Positions 21,301 through 34,000 of a stretch of 64,000 nucleotides of DNA are shown here, piece by piece (positions within the stretch are counted from its first letter, which is position 1; every line of letters begins with the position of its first letter). Below the pieces are notes generated by a model that saw nothing but the letters and a program-made list of their open reading frames with translations, was not told where the DNA came from and ran no database searches. A program made the translations under genes and the position numbers. The stretch comes from Oculina patagonica (Eukaryota). The stretch covers positions 23,932,001 to 23,996,000 of the forward strand of contig NC_135770.1 in assembly GCF_052425735.1 (NCBI RefSeq), in the 5' to 3' direction.

Positions 21301-21483
21301 CTCTATTCCAGACTTGCATACGTGTATATTACATTAAATTAATAAGGACAGGTTTAAGTCAAAATGAACTTTGTCAAGCATCAGGGGAGGGGTGAGGAGA
21401 GATGGGTGTGGTACCACTGACCAGCCAGGAGTGTAATTTTGTTCACCCTGGATAAGTTCTTTAAACTGACTAAAACTGTTATA

Positions 21484-21743
21484 CCGTATTTTCTCGATTA
21501 GACGCCCCTGGCATTTATTACAAACTTGACCTGGTGGACCCGGCGTTTATTTGACTCCTGCAGTTTTTCAAGCCTGGTTTTCATTAAGCAACGGTTTTAA
21601 TTCATTGTTTTTGAAAGAAATGTATCTGGTTAATATAGCTACAACTTATCATACCTTAAATAAATACCGTAGGGACCTTTTTTAACTCCACCTTGGAGAC
21701 CCGGCATTTATTTGGTACCCGGCGTTAAATCGAGAAAATATGG
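21484..21743. mobile_element. TA-flanked MITE just downstream of the ACTR10 stop
   Basis: TIRs CCGTATTTTCTCGATTAGACGCC / GGCGTTAAATCGAGAAAATATGG, with TA flanks. Confidence 0.7.
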
Positions 21744-22760
21744 TAACTTCCACCAGTGATAAAGGAGGTACACCCAATTTTGGAACTTTTAAAACATGAA
21801 AGGCAAAAGACCACTAGATGACAAAATGGCCACACAGAAACTGGAGGCACCCCACCCCCTCAAATAAAAAAAACTAGAAAGGTGCAGCTCTTAAGTGACC
21901 TGTTTGATGTCTTGGCTTGTTTCTTGCTTGATTCTGAATTCCACAGTCAAGTAACAAACGATCTGAGACGACACAGATCACTGCTAGGTGTTGTTTCAGT
22001 ATGGAAATGTTGGGGTGAAATCTCACAGGTTCAACTGACAGGGGAAAAACCAAGAGTGGGGAGATATCACCTGGTTACTCAAACCTGGAAGAGAGGAAAA
22101 GAAGGAGAGGGACTGCAAACATGCCCACAAGAGTGGTAAAGAGTTAAATAAATTTTTCTTGTGGCCCTTGTCACATTTCCTTCATTCTCTTCCACTTTCA
22201 TCCAATTGTTGCTCATTGTTGTTTGACTTGATAATTATCTATAAACAGAATTTTACGACAGGATGTGTGCATTCAGTTAGAGTACCCTTCCCACCCCTGG
22301 TAGACTGTATTGATACAAGTTAATAAAACCAAAATTGGAAAAGTAATGTTGAAAAGGACTTTCAGAAAGTCTACATCCCTGGGTAATTATGAGAACTGCT
22401 GTCGGTAGTTAAGAGGGAAACATATAAAACAGAAAGATTCCAAGAGGAACTTATAGGATATTTATTGAACTGTTCCATGTGAAGTGTCAGTTGTTGTGGT
22501 TTCTATAGCAATAAGCACAATGCAGGAATGGTTGGTCTTTAGACTATGCCAGAAACCTAAGAATATTGGAGAAGTCAGGTTGTAGTCTGGCAGTCCAAGT
22601 TTAGTTTGGAACATGTGATAAATCAAACCTCCATGGGAAATAAAAGATTGCTTCAGAAAGTTCTTTCGTCGAAGCGATAAAAGAATTCGATAAACTTCGG
22701 TAATTTCTTGACATTCTCTGTCTTTGTTATTCTTTGAACGCACGATTTTGGAGTTATATT

Positions 22761-24855
22761 GGGACTCGTTCATTATAATTGGGACTAATTGGTGTTAGCT
22801 GTTATTTCCTGTTATCAGGTATTAGAGCCAATCAGGGTCAGGTTTATCTTTGGCTAAAAGTTGACCTAATGTTATCTGCTAACAAAGCCATTATATCCAA
22901 TAACAAGCTTGTTATTGAATAACAAGTTAACAGGCTATAATACCTCAGTTTTCGTCGGCTAATGTTAGACATTTTAGCCAATGAAGTTCTTAGGAGCAAA
23001 AACCAAAATTCCTGTTTGCTAAGAAAAGACTGGAACACATGCATTCACATACCTTGAATTAACTAAAACACACGTCATTCGAATTTTCGTTTCAGACTTA
23101 AATGGTTTTCTCTTTCATTAAGATCAGATGATAAAAAGTGAAATTTTTATCGAATTTGTTGTAAGGCCCGTGCTACTGAACCAAAAACTCGAATGTTATG
23201 TGAATGTTCTGTAAACCTTCGTTGCTATAAAAACACAATTCATTACAAATAGTTTTAATATCTTCAGTGAGTTGGTAATACAATTTGCTTTGTTTCGTCA
23301 AAGCACTCTATGATAAAAGAGAGTTTCAGTTTGCGAACAAAAAAAGTTGAATTCGTTATAAAAGACCGCCAAAGACCGCCGCCGGAAATAGCAGTTCTCA
23401 AATGGCAACTGTTGACATTCCACTGCTTTCCAGCAGGCAATGACTTGTCATGTCAGACGTTCAGTTGCTTCTTTCTTGTCCCAAACTGACTTTAGGAAAC
23501 TAGTCACATTGTTTCACTGCACTGTAACTTAAAGGTTTTCCTCTGTAAGTAAATAGAGAGGATATTCAATTAGAGCCCCGATCAAGAGTACGTCGCCGTT
23601 ATTTCTATTTTTACATCGCGCGCTTTCTGTTTTTTTACATAACAGCAAACCAATGGCTTTAAAATTAACACGAGCCACACCGTGACACGAGTAGCACATT
23701 TTGTTTGCTTTTCGTTTCAAAGTTGACAGGTATTACCCACACACAGCGAATAACTCTCCCTGATGTAATACAACAACGAGTCAAAGAGAAGACGACGGAG
23801 CGACGAATTTGTATGAGAAAAGAACGACACGGTTGTTGCAAAAAATGTTTTGCATTACTACTAAAAACCAGGGAATTGATTTGAACTTTGGAAATTCTTT
23901 TTTCACTTCAGTATTGTTACGGTAAAAGCCGCCAATAGATGTGTGTAATGTTTATTCAAAAATTTGGTGATGTAAAATTAATGGTACAGTATTTTATTTC
24001 TCACACACCCAAGTGCTTTTGCTGCCGTGTACCGACCATTGCTTATAAAGCGTTATCAACGAGACCGATCGATACTGTGGATCCCTGAAGTCGTCTAATA
24101 TTTATATGAGGAAAATAACTACGAGTGAAAATTTCGAACAAATCGTAAATTACATCGCTTTTATTTCATGGAGTAAAATACTACCTAACTTCGGTTCCAA
24201 TACAATAACCCTGATTTCTGAAGTTTTAATGTGAGATTTCAGCGAGATACAACTTAGTGTCATTAGTGTAAAACAAGTAAGATCCTCAGATCAACTCTAT
24301 CTATTCACTCCTACGATGGAACGGCGCTATTATGGCGCCAAAGTGCGGAATATTTTTACCGCCAAAATGTGTTCAAAAATTTCCATCGCGATTCATTTTA
24401 TGGCGACTACAAAGCGCATTTCAGTGTGCATGCCAAAATGTTTTCCGAGGATCAATGAAATGGTAGTTAAGAATAAGAACGAACCGGGATATAAGCTCAC
24501 CTTAGTATAAAGAAAGCCCACTTTCATCTGTTCACAATATGTTCGTCGTGTTTTACCATCTAGCTCCCTATACAAGCCCTGTCAAGGCACAGCAAGGAGA
24601 CTTTGATTTTGCTGCCCATTTCAAGCGAAACAGCTCGAGAATTTCTTTGCGTGTTGTGGACTTTGGCTCAGAACTACGTGACAGCTCACACTCTGAGCCC
24701 ATAACATGATAAAGCCTCGGCGCGGCGATCGTCACCGAACGTCACTGAATGGAACACGTGCTCAGCAAGATAACTGATATTCAAGGGGGCTGGTGTGTGT
24801 AGACAGAACTCGAAAGGAAATGGCTAGCTTCATTTGCGTGATCTTTTATTAAACT
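22761..24855 (+). repeat. Left TIR (near-identical to ~23520, then diverged to ~24855)
   Basis: Reverse complement of 41733-43697. Diverged inner part shown by the shared MYRELDGKTRRTY translation at 24393-24575(-) and 41978-42163(+). Confidence 0.9.
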
Positions 24856-25062
24856 TCAGCACAAGCGTATTTCGTGTACACACAATCTGACAATATTAAT
24901 GTGGTAATTCTATTAGTGTATTTGTATATTTCGGTATATTTTCTTATCCATCGGCATCAGTGTTAGAAACTCTGTATCCTCCTTTTACTTTGCACCCTGA
25001 ACTTTACGTAGCGGCTATGTCTGGATCTTTATGACAGTTTCTCTACTGGAGGCTAAAAGTGG

Positions 25063-28000
25063 TCAAAAGTATTTGAGCGAAAAAGCTTCAAACTTATTTT
25101 GAAGATCCTCAAAATTTTTTACATGGTAAAATTCTTTTGAAGGGTCTTTCGTGACTTCCAAGTTACGACAAAAAATAAATTTTGGCTCTATTTGAGCTCT
25201 GTCTTTCTTCTGAGGCCAGTAAAATACGCCATCATCACCCTTTGTCAAAAACGTTACAGACACCTTTTTTTTAGATTTCTTTTCTATTTTTCCAAAGAAG
25301 TACAAGTCTTGTTCATAGGCAACAGCCACCCACTCGTCAACATCTAGCTGTTTGATGTCATAATCCTAGAAGAGAAAAATAGCCTTACGTTGACAGATAT
25401 TTTTTGTAGTTTACATTTATGTATGATCAGTAGAAAATACATACAGATTGAGGATCAAAATCTTGGGATACAGGATATTTTTTTAAGGAATAGACAAACC
25501 AAACGCAGCAATAAAAAAAGGGCGGGTGAAAGAGAAGGCAACTGTGCGCCTGCTTTTCACTTACTCCAATTGTGCCTTTGTATTGTAAACATTGCAATGT
25601 TGATTGAGGTTGCGCGCCAGCTCAGAATCTCCATATTTCGTTGCTTTTCATCAGAAACCAATAGCAAAAGAGCATTATTATAAAAGTACCTACCCATTCG
25701 TCATGGAAAGGCTGTGACAATACGGTTTTACTTTCTGGGACTGAAAAGATAAGAATTCAGTCAGATCAAAAAACAGCACACAAGGTTGGTACACAAATCG
25801 AACCGCAACACTGCAACACATTTCATGACATTGAAGACTATAAAGTCTCATTGTTACCTCTTTTTCTTTTTTGGGCCGCTGTAGTTTGTGGATCATTTGA
25901 CTGCAACAAAAAGAGAACTGCGTGTGGGAAAACTGGTACGGCAAACTGTCAGCTTTTAAAACAATTCTAGAAAGCAGTCAACTCTAAGCGGTTGAGTTAT
26001 TTCGAGTTTAATATACCTTTGAACTAATCGGCTCTCCCTCCGGACGTGATGTTTTGTCTTTCATAAGCTGGAAAGCAATAGAAATAAGTTATTGTCCGAA
26101 TATTTATGACTGCACTTCGTTGCAAACATTCTAATTTGTTCTGTAACAGTCATGGATTTGTTCACGATAGCTTGTCCTTCAGCTGCTTCAGCCATCGTTT
26201 GGATTCATGTATGTAGCATAGAAACCGCACACGCCGGCCGTTGCTCATTGTGTATTGTTATTGCGGCACGAATGAACGTCTGAAACATACCGGTATGTGA
26301 ATTACATATTTCTGTTTGGTCTCGTACTGTATTGCAGTTAAAACTGAAAGTAAATAAAACTAAAAAATTACTGATATTATATATGAGTAAAGACTATCCA
26401 AAACACTCCCAATGAACAAACTAATTTTGTTTAGGGACGATAAAAGGTCAAAGAATTAATTATTGTATTAGCACCTTCTTAATTCCTCATTATTACCTTC
26501 TTTTTTATGCCTTTAGCTTCCATTCTGAGCCTTTCTGTTTCAGTTGGTCTCTGGGGTGTACTCCTTTCTGAATCAGAAGTCTCAGAATTCTTTGAGAAAA
26601 ACAAAATCAATTCAAGATTTCCACGCGCCTTTTTTTAAATAATTAAATTTTTTTCAAGTGCAGGTTTGGCTTTCACAAGACTTGTGAGACTGTATTACCA
26701 GTTCACTGGAAGACGTGCTCGAGTCAGTTTCGTCATCTTGTGCTTTTCTTCGCGCAGAGTTTTTAACCTACAAAAGGCAAATATTGCATTGCATTAGGTT
26801 TTGGTGCCACCACTGTTAATTTACAAAATTGTTATTGCCTTTAGTATGTAGACTATCCAACATTGTTTTCAACCGCAGTCTCAGAAACACACGATCCATT
26901 GAAAAAAAGCTTAAAAAGATGACAGTGTTCGATTTTAAAATGTTCTAAATATAGCAAAATATATAGAAACACGTATCTATTGGTTAACCTGAGAAAGGCA
27001 TGAAGGCAAGGCACTCACCTTGGGTGTACTTGTAGTTACAGTTGACATATTTTTCTGCAAGTAAACGTTGCCGGGATGGCAAAGAAATAATCAATTAATA
27101 ATTTTTCCATTTATGCTAACTATGGTTTTTGGTTAGGAGGGCAATAGTTACCTTGACTTGTGCGAGAGGAATTCGGTCTTCACTGCCCTCCGAGTCTGAG
27201 TCACTACCCATCTCGAAACCAGCCTCACTGCCCATCTCAGAACCATTGTTCTGTTCCATGTCTGAGAATAAAGGCTGTAGAGATGATGTTGTAATTATTA
27301 GACTGATACGTTAAAAAGTGGAATGATTCTTTCCAACTAAATTTGTTTACGAACTGAAACTACCTTCTAAGCTGGCTATCTTAATTCGCATGTCTATAGA
27401 AATTCTCATTTATGACTGCCATAAAATAAAACAATGAGACAACTACCAATGAAGGTGTGTGATGTACAAGCCATACTATAAGGCATCTCCCTGCACAAAA
27501 GAGGTCACATGGCTGTAGTGCGTGTCTTCAGTGCTGTGCGTGAAATTCATTAAGGACTCGTGTAAATTACCATATTTGGTGGCTCCTCTGTGTCTGAGTA
27601 TGTATCACTCAAGCTACTCTGGTGGCTGAGGAAACTCTCTCCCAGGTCATGTTTTTCTTCTAAAAGCAGATCGACGTCGCGTCGGTACTGTTCCAATTCC
27701 TGTTGGAGGAAGAGGTAAAAGCACTATATTTCATTAGGCAAACAGGAACAAGCAGTGTGTATAAAATTGCAGCCAAACCTACCTCTTCATTTTCTTTTTC
27801 AAGTATATTTAATCTTCTCTGCAAATTCCCTGCTCTCCTCCTCTGTTCATTTCGCTCTTCAGTGGCCTGCCAAGAAAAAGAAATCAACTCAGGTAGTTGG
27901 TTGGTGCCTCTGTTAACATGTTAGAAAACAAAATACGGTAAACTGATCCCAACGGGAACAAAGAAGATATTGAAACAGAAATAAGATCAGAAAACACACA

Positions 28001-31000
28001 CGCGCATAATGTGTGTTTAGCCTGTGTTACGGTTTGCATGTGTTGTAAACAGTTTCATATAATTTATGTAAATTTATTAATGTAGTCAAATTAGGCGATC
28101 ACGTGGTTTATATATTGCACCATCTTGTAATATCGATTCGACGACGAATAAACATGTCTTGTTGTGTTCACTAAATGGCGCCCAACGTGGGGCAACTTTT
28201 CAATTGCAATGCCTCCAAGACTAAAGACTAAATCGAAGAAAACACCCGACAAACCAAGTACATCGAGTATGCAAGCGACTACATCGAATTTGGAACGACT
28301 GCGAGTTATCCGTGAAGGACACCGACGACAAGTATCGAAACTGGATGAAGAATTAACCAAAATATTGCAAGGCGAAGACAAGGATTACGAACGGCTCAGT
28401 GTTATGAGACAACTCTTGGATGGAAAACAAGAGTCGCTAATCGAAATGGACCAAGAAATATTATCTGTATGCGAGGTTACAACGATTGATAAAGAAATCG
28501 AAGAGTCAGAAGAAATTACTGCCTCAATTATTCGTCTGAAGTGCAAAATCGAGAATGCGAGCAAGGTAAACATGCCAAGTCAGCAACACGTGGGATCACC
28601 TCAAACGACTGCACAGCCAGTGAATCAAAATGCAGTCCGTACGAGATTACCGAAGTTGTATCTTCCGAAGTTTAAAGGAGATGTAACCAAGTGGAATACC
28701 TTCTGGGATTCGTTTCAATCGGCGGTACATCGTAACGAAGGGATTTCCAACATCGACAAGTTCAACTACCTCAATTCTGTCCTTGAAGGGGCCGCCGCTC
28801 GAGCTATCCAGGGTCTTACCTTAACCGAAGCAAACTACGACGCAGCAATCAAATTATTACAAGAACGTTTCGGTCGTCCCCAACAAATTATCAGCGCACA
28901 TATGGATCAGCTTCTCAAGGTTTCGCCGTGTTTTAATGATCGCCCAGCCAGCCTTCGATACGTCTACGATCAAATTTGTGTTCATTCCCGCGGTTTGGCG
29001 TCTCTCGGCGTAACTTCGGATCAATACGGAAGCCTCTTAATTCCTGTCATTATGTCTAAGTTGCCACCTGAGATCCGATTGCAGATAGCCAGGAACTCTA
29101 AGGATTCTGTGTGGAAAATTGAGGAGTTGCTAAACGTGATAAAGGTTGAAGTCGAAGCGCGGGAAGCAAGCGAGATGACCATGGCGAAAACAAGCGAAGG
29201 CGGGAAATCTCAATCGCCTGGCCGTGATTCAAAATTTCGAAATCAAACACCAACTGCGAATTCACTCGTCTCTCAGCAAGGTGGGAGCTTCAAAATCAAA
29301 TGTGCCTATTGTCGAAACGAGCATTATTCTGCATCATGCGTCGTGGTACGAGATACAGCTGAACGAAGAAGTATTTTGGAACGAGATAAACGATGCTTCA
29401 ATTGTTTGCGGTTTGATCACGAAACGAAGGAGTGCACGAATCCAAAAAAATGTCGACTCTGCCAACAGCGGCATCATCAGTCGATTTGTTCCATGCTTGA
29501 CCAAGGAAAACCGAAAGAAGTTTCAGCCGAAGAAATGAAGACAACGACAACAGTGAGCAACAAGGCAAAGGGAACTGTGCTCTTGCAAACAGCGAAAGCC
29601 GTGGCTGTCAACGATGGCAATTCTAAAACCGCATGTGTCAGAATTCTTCTGGATACCGGAAGTCAACGCACCTACATCACAAACCGATTGAAATCAAGGC
29701 TTAATCTGTCCCCTGTGAAGTCAGAAACATTGCATCTTAACACCTTTGGAGACGAAAGATACACAAAGCAACAATGTGATGTCGTCAACTTGCGGTTACA
29801 AGGATCTCAAGGAGAAATCGAAATATCTGCGCTGTGTTTCCCAAAGATTTGCTCGGCGGTGTCAGCTAAAGTTAACATTGACAATCACACACATCTACAA
29901 GGTCTCGAGCTTGCTGACATCAGCATCGCTGAAACCGGTCAACAGGACATAGATGTGCTAATTGGATCCGATTATTACTTCGATGTTGTGTCGGCGGATG
30001 TCATTCGTGGCAGCAGTGGTCCTGTAGCAGTTAGCAGCATGTTCGGATGGGTCTTGTCTGGTCCCACAAGTGCTGAAGAATCAAGAGAGAAGTTTACAAC
30101 TACAAATCTCATCATAGAGAGACCAGAATTGATGACCTTGAGCCCATGTGACATTCTTAGTGAGAACGATGAGTTATGTGACGCCTTGCAGAAATTCTGG
30201 GACACTGAATCGTTAGGAGTACGAGAGGAACCACCTGTTTCACAGTCAGATGGTGAAGAGTTCCTGGAGAGCATTCATTTCGATGAGAAGGAAGGAAGAT
30301 ACGAAGTAGGTCTGCCATGGAAAGAAAGTCTTGTTCCTGCTTCAAACGAGTACGAATTGTGTGTTACAAGATTGAGACAGCTGCATTCGCGACTGAAGAA
30401 AAACAAGGAACTGTTAAAAGATTATGACAATGTGATCAAGGATCAAATCAATTCAGGGATTATCGAAGCCGTACCAGAACATGACGACGACCAAGCTCCA
30501 ATGCATTTCTTACCTCATCATGGCGTGATTCGGTCAGACCGAGAAACTACGAAATTGAGAGTTGTATTTGATGGTTCAGCCAAGTCCGACAAGTCAACTG
30601 CCTCCATTAACGAGTGTTTAGAGAAAGGACCAAACTTAGTGCCACACCTATTTGATATTGTGGTTAAGTTTCGAGGTTATCCATTTGCTGTAGTAGCTGA
30701 CATCGAAAAGGCCTTCCATCAGATTCAGATCAGCCCAGAAGACAGAAGAATGCTGAGGTTTCTATGGTTCGATGATATCGAGAAAGATTGTCCGCAAATC
30801 AAGCAATTCCAGTTTCGAAGGCTTGTGTTTGGCTTAACTCCAAGTCCAGCTATCCTGGCAAGTACCATAAAGCACCATCTGTCTAAGTACGAAGAAAAAG
30901 AACCGGAAGTAACATCTTTGTTAAGTTCGAGCCTCTACGTTGATGATCTGGCAGGAGGAGTGTTTCGCGAAAATGAAACTGTGAACTTGTACGACAAAGC

Positions 31001-34000
31001 ACAGGAAATCATGAAAGAAGGAGGATTCTCACTGCGCAAGTGGAATTCTAACTGTCAGTCATTCCGCGAGAAAATCAAGCAGGACGAAGAAAGAAAAGGC
31101 CAGTCAGTTATGGAAGCCCCTGCCGAAGAAAGCGAAACTGCATTCAATCTCAAGAGAGAAGAGTCAGCCAGTGCCAAAGATGTTAAACCGGAAACCGAAC
31201 AATTTGTGAAGATACTCGGGATTTATTGGGATGTGATCCGAGACGAATTTCATTATGACCTCTCTGAGCTAATCGAGTATGCAGAAGCCCTTCCAGCTAC
31301 CAAACGATCTGTACTGAAACTGTCAGCTAAAATCTTTGATCCAATTGGACTGTTAACTCCGTTTACAATCAGCATGAAGGTCCTCTTCCAATGTCTATGT
31401 GTCGAGAAAGTCAACTGGGATGAGAGCTTGGAAGGAGAGGCTTTGGCAAAGTGGAAAACGTTCATTAATGACCTAAATGCTCTGAAGAACATCCGAGTTC
31501 CCCGATGTTATGCCAATTATTCACCGACGCAGTCAACCGTATGCTCATATCAGATCCATGGATTTTCAGATGCGTCAGAAAGAGCCTATGCAGCAGTCGT
31601 GTACCTGAGAACCGAATTCAGCAATGGTGAAACACAAGTCAACATCATGACATCCAAGACGAGAGTAGCCCCAATCAAACGTCAGTCAATTCCCAGGTTG
31701 GAACTGCTAGGAGCTTCATTGCTAGCCCAGCTAGTTCATTCAACGCAGCAAACGATACAATCCGTTCTCCCCATTGAAGGAACATTTCTATGGACTGATT
31801 CATTTACCACGCTGTGTTGGATCAAAAATGCTAAAGCCTGGAAACCTTACGTACAACACCGGGTCAGCAAAATACGAGAACTATCTAACGAAGCCAACTG
31901 GAACTTCTGTCCCGGAGAGTTGAACCCGGCTGATCTCCCATCACGAGGATGTGGAGGAGAGCAATTAGCACAAAACCAGTCATGGTGGAATGGGCCCAAG
32001 TTTCTGAGGTTATCAAGAGATCATTGGCCCAAGTCGCCTCAAACAAGTGCACTGTCTGAGAACAAAGACGCCCTTCAAGAAGTTGTAAAGAACCCTGTAA
32101 GTGTCACACATTCTCTGGTCACGACAGAGTCGAAAGACCATTCAGTCAATCTCAGTCAAGTTATTGACATTGAACGATACAGCAGTGTAACACGATTATT
32201 ACGCGTGACAGCCTACGTATTACGGTTCATACGTAATGCTAAGAAGAGTGTATCAAACCGTGAAACTCCCAAGTCACCGGAACAGTCATCGAGAAAGGAA
32301 CTTAATGCTCAAGAGTTAAATAAAGCTGAAATGCTGTGGATCAAGACTGTACAGACAGCCTCATTTGCCAAAGAACTCGAATTTCTGCAAAGCAAAAGAG
32401 GAACATTCCCACCTGTCTATGTCACGCAATTTAACTTGTTCCTTAACGACCAACAAATCATCAGATGTAAGGGAAGAGTAAGCAATGCACCGCTCTCTGA
32501 AGAAAGCAAGAATCCAATCTTACTTCCATCTAAGCACCCACTTACTAATCTCATCATCCAGGATGTGCATTCCAAGATTAAACACAGTGGCATCAGGGAT
32601 ACCTTAACCACTATTCGAGAGAGATTCTGGGTACCAAGAGGTCGAGAAGCTGTGAAGAGAATTCTACGAAAGTGTGTCACCTGTAGAAGGGTAGAAGGGG
32701 CTCCATATAGACCACCACCGACTCCAGATTTACCAATGGAACGAGTGTCTCTGGACCCGCCGTTTGCCCATACAGGATTAGACTTCATAGGACCGCTGTA
32801 CATACACAATGGAAAGTCTTCAAAGGAAAAGGGCTCCGACAAAGTGTACATTTGCTTATTCACTTGTGCATCCACAAGAGCGATTCATTTGGAACTGACA
32901 CCTTCTTTGAGTGTCGAATCATTTCTCTTAGCCTTTCGGAGGTTCGTAAATCGCCAGGGATTACCAGTCACCCTCCTGTCGGACAACGCCAAGACCTTCA
33001 GATCCGCATCCAAAGATATAAGGAAGATCATACAATCAGACGAGGTTATGCGATACTTAACTGACAATCGCATCACATGGAACTTTATCATTGAGCGAGC
33101 CCCTTGGTGGGGGGGTTTCTGGGAACGCATGGTTAAAGTTGTGAAGCAACCCTTAAAGAAAACAGTGGGACGCACTACATTGAACTACGATGAGTTACAA
33201 ACCATAATGGTGGAGATCCAGGCAATCGTAAATGCTCGACCGTTAACGTATGTCTATGATGATGAAGAGTCCATTTCAACTCCACTTACGCCCTCCCATC
33301 TAATTACTGGCAGACGAATTACCTATGAACCCAGTAACCAGCATTTCCAAGTTGTTAGTGTCAACCAAACCTTGACAAAGCGAGCTAAACATCACCAACG
33401 ACTGCTACAGCAGTTTACCAAAAGGTGGCAACACGAGTATCTTTTGAGTCTACGAGAACGTGCTAATGAGAGATGCAAGAATCAAAACAAGGAGAGCCCA
33501 ATCTCAGTAGGTGACATAGTAATCGTGAAGTCTGATCTAAAGAAAAGAACATTTTGGAAACTGGGAAAGATTCAAGAACTGCTACCAGGCAGAGATGGGC
33601 AGATTCGATCAGCCAAAGTCAAAGTTGCTGGCAAGGGAGAGCGAAAGCCACAAGTATTACGTAGAGTGATACAGGACCTAATTCCTGTTGAAGTTTCTGA
33701 GTGAACATTGGAGTGAAAACATGCAATGAAATTGTGTCATTTCGAACAGTGAACGAAAAAGTTGTGACATTTATCGAACTGTGGACTTTTGAGATTTAGA
33801 CTGTTGAGTGAAACGTTTTATCACTAAGTCGTGATGCAACCCCGGGGAGTGTTGTAAACAGTTTCATATAATTTATGTAAATTTATTAATGTAGTCAAAT
33901 TAGGCGATCACGTGGTTTATATATTGCACCATCTTGTAATATCGATTCGACGACGAATAAACATGTCTTGTTGTGTTCACTAAAGCATGTCAGCATTCAC

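Larger units (their letters stand above)
28041..33984 (+). mobile_element. Full-length BEL/Pao LTR retrotransposon
   Basis: Identical 135-bp LTRs (28041-28175, 33850-33984); TSD GCATG at 28036-28040 and 33985-33989; PBS TGGCGCCCAACGTGGGGC; one intact polyprotein ORF. Confidence 0.96.

Noticed and set aside
22844-23044. Identical 66-aa ORF duplicated at 43414-43614
   Set aside because: It simply reflects the TIR duplication; no coding evidence.
27571-27699. Suspected frameshift in accessory-gene exon 6
   Set aside because: A recount gives 129 nt in an open frame (ELEQYRRDVDLLLEEKHDLGESF...).
29975-33175. Antisense ORFs within the BEL polyprotein
   Set aside because: Shadow ORFs of a long coding sequence with no motifs.
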